This document shows, one piece after another, positions 52,867 through 64,000 of a stretch of 64,000 nt of DNA. The notes under the pieces were generated by a model, which worked only from the letters and a program-made list of their open reading frames with translations, ran no database searches and had not been told where the DNA came from. The first letter of the stretch is position 1; each line of letters starts with the position of its first letter. Location: contig NC_068999.1 in the NCBI RefSeq assembly GCF_001194135.2, forward strand, positions 23,523,330 to 23,587,329, given 5' to 3'. Both the position numbers and the translations under genes were made by a program. The DNA is from Octopus bimaculoides (lineage: Eukaryota).

Positions 52867-53944
52867 TGTAAAAAAAAAGCACCAAGTACACTCTGTAAAA
52901 TGGTTGGCATTAGGAGGGGCATCCAGCCATAAAAATCAAGCAAAGACAGACTTTGGGACCTGGTGCAATTCCTGGCTTTACCAGTTCTTTTCAAGCTGTT
53001 CAACTCATGCCAGCATGGAAAATGGATGTTAAATGATGATGATGATGATATGTATTGATTACTCTCACATTTGTACACCCATACACACACATACACATGC
53101 ACATACACACACATACCCTCGTGCACACACACATGTTTTTATCAAATACTGAATCTGACAAAATACATTCTGTTTCACACGAAAGCACATGTGCTTAACT
53201 GTTTCATTCATTTCTTTGGAGCTTCCTGGGCCACCAACCACTTTTCTCCATTGTTCTCAACTCTGACCTATCTGTCCTTATTTCTATGCTTTTCCAGCTC
53301 TGTCTTAGTCACCTTACTTGTTATGTTTCCACGAAAGAAATCCTTCCTTCGATTCTTCTGTAACTCTGCTTTTTTATCTGAGTAGGGTTGTTGGCCCTAC
53401 ACAAATTCACTTGGAAAGAGATGATCCATGTTAACCTGGCAGCTATCTTTTGATCGTCCAACATGGGAAGGTGTATCAGGAGCTTGCACTTCACTGGAAG
53501 AGCTCTCAGAGTCATTGAGTCACTTAAGTCACCACATCGCAACAAGGACAAACCCTTGTGGTGGGAGAAGGCACATCAGGGACTAAATTATCAGAAGAAT
53601 GACAGCTCTTTATATTACTGAAATGTAGACAGAAGGACAGATATACGAAAAGGTAGAAATCAAGCCAAATTAGTAGATGTAAGGTGATCTCACTTGTGCT
53701 GATGCCTCAAAAAAAAGCACTCTGCTACACTGTTAAGTGATTAGCATTAGAAAGAGCATCTGGCTGTAGAAACCAAAGCAGACATTGGAACATGATGCAG
53801 TCCACCAACTCATTGTATCTGTTTGGCCATCCAACCCATGTCGGCACTGAAGACAAATATTAAACGGTGATGATGATGGTGGTGGTGGTGGTGGTGTTAG
53901 ATAGGTAGACAGACATGTGGATAGAGAGATAGATAATCAGATAT

Positions 53945-54085
53945 ATAAACAGACAGACAGACAGATAGATAGATAGGTAGGCAGACACTAATAGATAGAT
54001 AGATAGGTAGGCAGACACTAATAGATAGATAGATAGATAGGCAGACACTAATAGATAGATAGATAGATAGGCAGACAGATAGACT
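53945..54085. repeat. (AGAT)n-based compound repeat with about 30-bp higher-order unit
   Basis: AGATAGATAGATAGG(TAGG)CAGACACTAAT repeated three times. Confidence 0.85.
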
Positions 54086-57000
54086 AATAGATTAACAATT
54101 TTATCAACTCCACTGTTGTGAAAAAATTTTATTGACAGATCCAGTGGGATTTGATCTCAGAATATAATATGATATAACTAAATGTCCCAAACCATTCTGT
54201 CACTCTGCTGTTTCTTTTTTGTTTTCTTCCCAGAAATATTTTCAAGAAAGTTGTTTTTTGGGGTTTTTTTTTTACTTCTCTTTTTCACATTTATCTGATC
54301 TCAAATATATTTTCTTCTCTGTCTTACATCATTTTTTCTAGTCTAATTATATTTCAGATGATATTTATTTTGGACATTTCTATTGTAATCATTATAATAG
54401 ATGTTACAGTTTTAAAAATGTAATGTTTCAATTTATTAATCACTTACTGAATGTAGCTTCCAAAATGCAAAAGACAGGCTACTTAAGAGCTGTTGTTTCA
54501 AGTTATTCTATATCAGTGCTGTTAAAGTGAAAAAGACACTAAGAAGGCAGCCTCCACTCAATCATGAAATAGGTACATGCACACACACACACTCACATAC
54601 ACACGTGTGTGTGTGTATTTGGCATTTATTCATTATTCTTATTCTCCCCTTCTTGTTATTTAGCTTGTTATTCCACATTTACCTTAAGTTGCTGCTACTG
54701 ATGTTGTTGCAACATACTGTACTGGTTGCAGAAACAAGGACACCTTTCACATGAAATTTGTTATTCCACACACACACACACACACGCACACTCACTCAAG
54801 AAGGAAAAGTATCATTTTACTGGAATGCTTTAACTAGCAACTGATCTTATATTGATATTTCATATAGGTAATGCTATATGCCGTGAGGTAAATGAAAAAA
54901 AATTTTTTTTTTGATATATTTTTTAATGACAAAATAATTTTCTTTACTTTTTTATTGTGACTTTGATTTGATTTGATTAAAGAGGGCGCAGTTAACCATT
55001 TTGATACCAACCTGCCTGAAACTGACCTTGTTTCTAATACAAACTTTCCTATTTTAAAGTGATGTAAATTAAAACCTTCCTCCCAAATTTCTTGTTAATT
55101 TATGTTCCAAACACCAGCTTAATACTGACAAATTTATTTTTTAAAAAAGTTAAAGAAATTATTTCAAATTCTCAAATGCAGGATAATGCTAATAATATAA
55201 CCTGAACAGGATAAACTACCCCTATTTTGCAGAAAAAAGTGTGGGCGGCCAGCCAAATTTATTATTATTTCAAAATTAACTGAAACAGAGGCAGTGTAGT
55301 TCAACAGAAATATGGTATCAAAAGGGTTAATTTCTTTGAATGTTATGAGTTTAACCATGAGCTGGCAGAATTGTTAGCATGCTAGGTAAAATGCTAACTA
55401 GCATTCCCTCCATCTGTATGTTCTGAGTTCAAACACCACTGAGGTTGACTTTGCCTTTTATCCTTTGTGGGGTTGTTAAAATGAATATCAATTAAAAACT
55501 GGGGTTGACGTAATTGACTTAACCCCTTACCCAAAATTCCTGACCTTGTGCCAAAATTTGAACCCATTACTAGTTTAGCCTTCGTTATTTCATGAAGAGG
55601 GGAATCAAAACAAAACAAAAGAAAAAAGGACTAAGTTGAGAAAAAAAAAAACAAGCACCTTTGCATTACAGTTACAAAGATATTTTTTTCTATCTTAGCA
55701 TTTATATGTGTATAAAAGTTCATTATTATCTTTTAAAATATTTAATATTTATTGTCTTTACTTATTTTTTTATGCTAGCTTTTTGTCTCAAAATGCATTT
55801 AAATAATAGCATCTAGCAATTATTATGACGAACATAGCATCAAAATTATTGTTCTTAACAAAATATAATTTTTTAATTCACATCTATAACAGTTAGCCTT
55901 ATATCAAACATACTTATAAAAGCATTAAGATATGTAGTGTGTGTCATTTACAGCTTTACAATTAATCGGTGTCTGCAGCTTATAATTAGACGGCTCCTAC
56001 ATCTTGTAATTAATAAGTGTCTACTGATTTTGTTTAAGTAGAATTTTCATTGACAGAAAACAAAAACACAAAATTCATATAGGCACAGGTGTGGTTGCAT
56101 GGTAAAAAGCTTGCTTCCCAACCACATGGTCCCAGGTTCACTTGCACAGTGTGGGATCTTGGGCAAGTGTCTTCTACTATAGCCTCAAATTGATCAAAGC
56201 CTTGTAAGTGGATTTTGTAGACAGGAACTGAAAAAAGCCCATCGTGTATGTGTGTGTGTGTGTGTGTCTGTCTGTCTGTTTCTCTCTCACCACCTCTTGA
56301 CAACTGGTGTTGGTGTGTTTACATCCCTATAACTTAACAGTTCAGCCAAAGAAACCAGTAGAATAAATATCAGGTTTAAAAAATTAATAAATACTGGGAT
56401 TGATTCATTTGACTAAAATTCTTTGAGGTGATGCTCCAGCATGGTTGCAGTCAAATGACTGAAACAAGTAAAGGATAAAAGATATATTCAGTTAGTGATA
56501 TTTTCAAACAAGTTATTTTGCCTTAACTTGTAACAAATATTTTTAATATATCACAAAAGGATTCTTGTCTTACATATTTCAATTATAAAAATATGACTTG
56601 CTAAAGAGAAATTTTATTTAAAGGTTAAAGGATTTTCTCTATATAAGTCACATACTGGCATTGCATTTGCTACAATACAGAGCAAAAATGAGAAACAATA
56701 TTTTGTAGAACTAATTATTACAGATTTTTGACTAATTATAATTTATGAGAATTCATCGTTAAGAAAAGCATCCACTCTACTGTGTTGGATATCTTTTAGT
56801 TGTTTCAGTCATTAGATTGCAGCCATGCTGGGGTACATCCTTGAAGAATTTTAGTTGCACAAGTTGACCCCAGTTCTTACTTTTTTTTTTAAAGCCTGGT
56901 GCTTATTCTTCTGGTCTCTTTTTCTGAACCACCAAACCACTAAGTTACAAGGACATAAGTACACCAACCTCAGTTGTCAAGTAGTGATGGTAATCAAATG

Positions 57001-59085
57001 CATGCACACACACACACACANNNNNNNNNNNNNNNNNNNNNNNNNNNNNNNNNNNNNNNNNNNNNNNNNNNNNNNNNNNNNNNNNNNNNNNNNNNNNNNN
57101 NNNNNNNNNNNNNNNNNNNNNNNNNNNNNNNNNNNNNNNNNNNNNNNNNNNNNNNNNNNNNNNNNNNNNNNNNNNNNNNNNNNNNNNNNNNNNNNNNNNN
57201 NNNNNNNNNNNNNNCGCACGCACGCACGCACGCACACACACAAATAAGTTTATTTCAGTTTTTGCTTTCTGAATTCACTCACAATGTTTTAGTTGACTCA
57301 GGACAATAGTAGAAGACACTTGCCCAAGGTGCCACATAGTGGGATTGGACTTGGAACTATGTGGTTAGGAAGCAAATTTCTTACTACATAGCCATGCCTG
57401 CACACACACACACACATGGTGTTTCAATATAAATCTTCACTTTAATTATGCAGTTCCTTGATCTAGTGATTTGACATTGCTTACTGTGATCCAATTGAAC
57501 AAAAGGAAAAGCAAACTTCTAAAAACTTAACTGGAAAAATGGGAGCCAGTTTGCAGAGAAAACTTGAATGTTCTGAGATATATATGATAAATTTGGACTG
57601 ACTAACAATGAAAATGAAGGAAAGCATTACCCTATTTGATGGCATGAAAGATGCACAGATATGTTAGATGCCTCCCAATTTCAGCAGCATATTTTGACAA
57701 AAAAAGATTTTAGAGCATTATAGCATATGATATAGGTTCAGTTTAACATATAGGACCTGGGGTAATTTTTTGAGACATTTCTTTTTTAATGTGTGTCTTA
57801 TATGCTATCAAATATGGCATATAGAATAGTTATGATTGTTATAGGTTCATCATCGTCATCAACATCATCATTTAAAATCTGTTTTCCATGCTGGCATAGG
57901 CTGGACAGTTTGACAAAAGCTGGCAAGCCAAAAGACTGTACCAAGCTGTGTTATCTGTTCTGGCATGGTCTCTAAGATTGGAGGCCCTTCCTTACACAAA
58001 CCATTCTGCAAAGTCTATTGGGTGCTTTTTTTCATGACACCAGTACCAGTGGGGTCACCAAGTAACTTATAAGACAAAGTCCCCTCAACTAGCAGGGAGT
58101 AATATTGAGGGAGGTGGCTTGTGTGCAAGTTGATGAGAGGTTAAAAGAATAATAGAGGGATAGGAATAGGTGTCTTGCTGTAGAAGAGATACCCGATTGG
58201 AAAAGAAAGAAGGAAGAGAAAGAGAGAGAAGGTGATGGATATGTGTCAGAACATACCCTCAAGGCACAGTGGGTGAGAGAATATAAGTGAGGAGAGATGG
58301 TTAGATGGGACAGAAGTGGCTGTAGTAATTGATGGTGAGAAATATAGGAGTGGCACAGGGTTGGGCTATGTTAGATATGTGAAGACATTGGGAATGATAG
58401 GGGATACAAAAGGTGTTAGGGATGGAGTATAGTAGAGAGGAGAGAGCATAATTGGAGGGAGATAATGAAGAATGGAAGTGGTTCTGGAGTAGGAGAAGAA
58501 AGAAGCAGGTGATGAAAGGGAGAGGATGCATTATGTAACTAATCTCTCAGGTGATTATGGTAGCTGAATAATACCTCAGAGATAGAGAAGTGATGAGTGT
58601 TAATGAATGAGATGTTAGGGAAAAGCTTGACAGGGCAGTGAGAATGGAGGTGGGGGGTAGAGCCACCATACACACATACAAGCATTTACCAAGGTGGTTT
58701 TAGGACATTAATGCTATTGTGGTGAACAGGTCTTAAGCACAACAAGCACCAGATATCTCGGTCCTTTGTCATCTCCTCCATTTTGTAATATCTTAAAAGC
58801 TGGTTAAATAGATAACTTTTTTATCACTGATTATTGTACTAATTTCTGTACATATCATATGTAAGAGTGCAAGATCACAGTGGTGCTCCAGCATGACCAC
58901 AGCCACATGGCTGAAACAAATAAAAGGCTAAAAGCATATAAAGAATAACTGTCTGTTTATCTATTTTTATAATGTGTCCATTTTACATGGGTTGAATGTG
59001 TCAGCATTGTCTGCATCATCTTGCACATTGTAACAGAAAGAGAAAGAAGAAAAAAACTTGGCCAAGTTGTCTGTATGTCTTACAG

Positions 59086-59162
59086 ATGAACTGGAGGAAT
59101 TTTATCATGCCACCAAAACTGAGAAGTTGTCCCATTCAATGAAAATAAAAGACACCTCTGTG
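59086..59162 (+). CDS. Candidate exon of gene B (77 nt, phase 1-0; ELEEFYHATKTEKLSHSMKIKDTSV)
   Basis: Strong acceptor gttgtctgtatgtcttacag, donor GTG|gtatct, open frame. Confidence 0.45.
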
Positions 59163-59969
59163 GTATCTAAGTTTTAGATGTTGCTTTGGTAAGGTTGGTT
59201 GTCAGTTATTTTGAATCCAACACTATTAAATATTTGTATCAAGTCTTTTCTGAATCTGTTTTAGTGTATGCCCATTCAGGATTTTTGAATTCTGCTTTGC
59301 TATCATCCCTGTATATTCCAAATTTTATGTTCATGAACTTTTTCTAGTGAATTCATCTAGGAAGTACAGTCCTATAAAGCCACATATTTTGCACTGTCAT
59401 ATACACCCATGCTATCATCAAAAGTCTCATCAAGGCTTGATTTTTTAAAACCCAGTTGAAGTCCTTATTTAAAACTCATCAGTCTAGCATGTAGTATAGT
59501 TTCTATTTCTTCTACAATTGTGGAAAAGTTACTTGTGAACTTTAAGGTATTTTATGAGTATTTTTTGAGGATGAAGAGGCAAAAGTCCTCTGTCAAAGTG
59601 GGTAAATCTCTATTCCTATATCTACTGTTACTAAAACAGTTAACTATAAATTGAGATTCTTTCATTGCAAATAGATTCTTTTTGTTGCCATTCTTAACCT
59701 CATTATGTACCCTCATTACTCCACATCTGTTACATTGTATGCAAATTGGATATTATTATGTTATTATGTTTGTACTACTAGGATGTGTGGGGGGGGGGGG
59801 TTGAGTGTGAATTTGTGAGTATGTAATTTATTGAAATTTGAGCTGTTTTTGTCTTTTTTGGTCAGCATTTGTGAGCTCAGACTGTCGGACTATATGCATG
59901 AGTCTACTTATATGTATGTATAGTTGCCTGAATATTAACTAACTGGAGAAGGTTCAGAGAGCTACTACC

Positions 59970-60420
59970 TCTAAGGTCTCTTTCCCTGAGTGAAAGACAA
60001 ATTGTATGATGCTTGTGTATGAACTACAACGCTACATGGTAATGAAACATGGGCTTTGGATGCAAAGGAAATGTGAAAATGAAAAAGAAATGAAGCAATC
60101 ATGCTCCTCTGGATGTGTAATGTTAGTGTGCATGTACAACAAAATGCAAATGTGTTGAGAGAAAAATTAGGCATAAGAGGCTTGAAATGTAGTGTGCAAT
60201 TGAGAAGACTGCACATTATATGGTTACTTGATGCATATCAAGTACAGCAGCATAAAGAAATGTTAGTTGCTAAAAGTGGATGGCACTTTTGAAAGACCCA
60301 GTAAAACATGGCACAAAGTAATTAAGATCAGCCTCAAGTTGTTGAGATGGAGGAGATGACAAAGGATAAAGATGAATGATGATTCACTGTGCTTGAGAAG
60401 ACTTATCCGTCTCAGCCAAA
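59970..60420 (+). mobile_element. RTE LINE 3' end fragment
   Basis: [37 protein letters not shown] and ERPSKTWHKVIK. Confidence 0.82.
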
Positions 60421-60522
60421 TACAAATTCCTAAAGGCATATTGTTAATGTCAATACCTTTGGAAGACAAGATGGTGAAGATCAGGTGTCAGAGTATAAAA
60501 AGGTGCATAAAGAGAGAATTGG

Positions 60523-60561
<39 letters not shown>

Positions 60562-60571
60562 NNNNNNNNNN

Positions 60572-60612
<41 letters not shown>

Positions 60613-62401
60613 CCACACACTTTACATCATCTCCTTATTTCCCATCTATCTAGTGTTCTATTATATTGTTGCTCCTCCACTTCCCCCACCCTTTTATGTA
60701 TTGCCATTTATCACCTCCATCTTCCTGACACATTCTCATTTTCCTTTAGGTACAAACCTAATCTGTACCTGTCTAGCCTTTGTCTACAACTCATCTTCAA
60801 ACCACCCATCCCTCCTTCACCCCACCCCTTCAACCAGGCACTATTTCCTCAGTTGCTCTAATTATATGGAGGTAAAACTGTAACTATACTATCTCCACTT
60901 TTGTGCTACAAGTTATTTCTTTTCTTGGAACCACATTTCTTGTCACCCATCATGCATTCTCAATTCCATCTCTTACTAATTTAATCTCCACAGAGTTACC
61001 CTTTCTTCCTCTGACCACTCTCTCATATCTATCCTCAACACCTTTTTTTGTTACCCATTGTATGCACCCATCTGTCCCTCTGATCTCTACCTTTGTCACT
61101 ATGTATCATCTCCCCCCCCCCACACACACACAGTTTACATCATCTTATTTCTCATCTATCTAGTGTTCTCTTATGCTCCTCCTCCTCCTCCACCACCACC
61201 ACCACCACCCTTTTACATATTGCCATCTATCACTTCTTTCTTCCTGACCCATTCTTATTTTCCTTTACCTTTGCCTTCAAACTGGGATTCACCATTGACC
61301 ACACTTCCATCCATGTTCCATTCACCTGTTCCATTCACCTGTTTCCATCTCTAACCATCTGTCACTCCCCTTTCACTCTCATCGACATACCCATGCAGCC
61401 ATCCTCAATCCTTAGTCCCAATTCTCTCCTTATACTCCTTTTTGTACCCTGATACTGCATCTTCACCATCTTGTCTCCCTTTTCTGATAGGATCACCATG
61501 TATTTCCTCTACAGCAAGACATGTTCTTGTTTCTCTATCGTACTTTAGCCTCTCACCACCTCCTAACACAAAGCCCCCTCCCTCAATAATGCACCTCTAC
61601 TCAGGTTAAGGGTCTTGTTTTGCAAGTCTTTTTGACCTTATCTATAAATTGGTTGGCATTAGGAAAGGCATCCAGTTGTAGGAACCATGCCAAAGTAGAT
61701 ATCAGAGCTCAACACAGTCTTCTGGCTCATTGGATGCTGTCAAACTATTCAACCCATGCCAGTGTAGAATACAGACATTAAAATGATGATTATGATATAC
61801 TTATAATTGTATGTGTGTGTGTGTGTAGGTAGGTAGGTGTGGCTGTGTGGTAAGAAGCTTGCTTCCTAACTACATGGTTCTGGCTTCAGTCCCACTGTGA
61901 GTCATTCTGGGCAAGTGTCTTCTACTATGGCCTTGGGCCAACCAAAGCCTTCTGAATGGATTTGGTAGATGCAATCTGAAAGAAGCCCATTGTAAATATA
62001 TATATGTATATATCTATGTGCATGTGTCTTTGTGTCTGTAGTAGTCCCCCCATCACCGCTTGACAACCAGGGTTGGTGTGTTTACACCCCGTAACTTAGT
62101 AGTCCAGCAAAAGAGATCTTTCATGCTCCAGCATGGCCACAGTCAAATGACTGAAACACATACTAATATATACTTTTGTTATTTACACCACCTGTCCTCG
62201 TCTGTTGTTATTTTTTGTATATTCTCCCAAATATATATATATATATATATANNNNNNNNNNNNNNNNNNNNNNNNNNNNNNNNNNNNNNNNNNNNNNNNN
62301 NNNNNNNNNNNNNNNNNNNNNNNNNNNNNNNNNNNNNNNNNNNNTAATCAAAATTCTTGATAAACTCATGTTTATCCTTGTCTTTACCTATAATTTATGA
62401 G

Positions 62402-62440
<39 letters not shown>

Positions 62441-64000
62441 TATGTGTGTGTGTGTGTGTGTATGTAATCAAAATTCTTGATAAACTCATGTTTATCCTTG
62501 TCTTTACCTATAATTTATGAGCTCAACATACTTGCATATCTATGCCCATGGTTAAACATAGGTAATATACCAATAGTATAATGGATACTTCTATCCCTTA
62601 GATGGTTATTTTAACGTCTAACTCAGCTAACCTTATGTATATATATGAATTTGATTCAGCCCCTCAGCTTGCCAGCCCTGGTCAAACCGTCCAACCCATA
62701 CCTGCATGGACAACGGATGTTAAATGATGATGATGATGTTGATGATGAGAGTGATTATCAAATGCACATACTGAAAGCATGTGCTCTGCTTATTTGCTGG
62801 TAGGCATGATGTTGATGACTTCATCAAAGTTCCAGGTGTTAAAACACGCGAAAGTCATAGACAGGGAAGACAACTCACCCCAAATATCATTCAGCAGTAA
62901 TGGACATCAATGTTTCACCATTTTGGTGGCTTTTCAACATCATATACTTGTATATATATATATATATATATGACACAGTCGTGGATGTGTGATTAGAAGT
63001 TTGCTTCCCAGCCACATGGTTCTGGCTTCAGTCCCACAACATGGCACCTTGGGCAAGTGTGTTCTACTATAGCCCCAGGCCAACCAAAGCCTAGCGGACT
63101 TGATTGATGGAAACCGAAAGAAGCATGTCATACATATGTGTGTGTGTGTGTGTGTGTGTTGTGTGATATTTCCAAACATGACAAATTTCAAGAGTTTAAA
63201 AAAATATCCTGTCAACAATAATACGAGCAATATGTTATAAGTAAAAAATGATAAATTACTTTGTTCTCATTTGACAAATTGGCCTTCAACCTAGTGCTTT
63301 AATTCCTGAACGTTTAGTGTCGCATATAAATGTATTTATGTGTTTGTGTGCTTTTGTGAAATATGAAACAATTGTGTATAATACAATCAGAATAGAACTA
63401 ACGCTTGTCAGTATAATTTAGTATGTTGTACTAATCTAGTAAACTAGCAATAAATAACTAAAACGCAGTGCAGTATACAACACCCAGTAAAAATACATAA
63501 CAACCTGCAAATATGGCAAATCACAGTGCAATAACCAAATGCATACTGGATCTATAAAGTAGAGAAATACATTAATAAAACTTTCATCAAATAAACACCC
63601 TGTTATAAACTAGCCTTAATAAAAAAAATCAATCATAACAACCAAACAACCAAACCATTTCCTGGAACCGTGAATGAAATTAGTTAACTTTGACTATAAT
63701 AATATTTTAACATTACAAGATATATTGAGTTCTCTTTGTTTTATTTGTATTTGAACTTGCAAGTGTATGCAGTACTTGATGTGTTACAAATTTATCCATC
63801 CGTCTATTGTCTCCACCCCACTATTCTTATGTGGGCCATAGGGGTAGTGTCTTGAATAACATCCTCTATGGAGTCCTATCAGAAGCAGCCGTCATTAGAC
63901 TTTCTGGCAGGATTCCCAAGTGTGACCAACTGAAGCTAATTGATATTATCCAACTCATCCTGTTCTTTGTCTTGTTCTTTTAATAATTATATTAATGCCG

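Overview
This is eukaryotic, AT-rich, repeat-dense genomic DNA with nine N-gaps. Its SINE repertoire (tRNA-derived SINEs, CORE-type SINEs with CCTTGGGCAAGT, and a (GAT)n-tailed SINE with AGGAAGGGCATCC) points to an octopus or coleoid cephalopod assembly; this is inferred from recognition, not from a search. Most of the window is decayed transposon sequence. Non-LTR retrotransposon remnants include HERO, Tx1/L1-like, R4/Dong-like, RTE and CR1 clades plus a Penelope-type GIY-YIG fragment. DNA transposon remnants include pogo, Tc1/mariner, hAT and MITEs. There are also many SINEs and microsatellites. No long intact ORF is present. Non-TE signals are: a decayed 28S rDNA fragment (38.4-39.0 kb); two hand-assembled, phase-compatible chains of short candidate exons on the + strand (9.0-19.8 kb, including 24-nt and 10-nt microexons, and 40-59 kb), both encoding unrecognised proteins; a degenerate type I hammerhead ribozyme motif (30.65-30.70 kb, minus strand); a tRNA-like cloverleaf nested in a long inverted repeat (25.4-25.6 kb); and a near-perfect 72-nt hairpin (35.8 kb). 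CpG retention in SINE copies varies in blocks, suggesting methylated gene bodies separated by unmethylated regions. All exon calls are unverified manual predictions, and chance splice-like motifs are common in this sequence.
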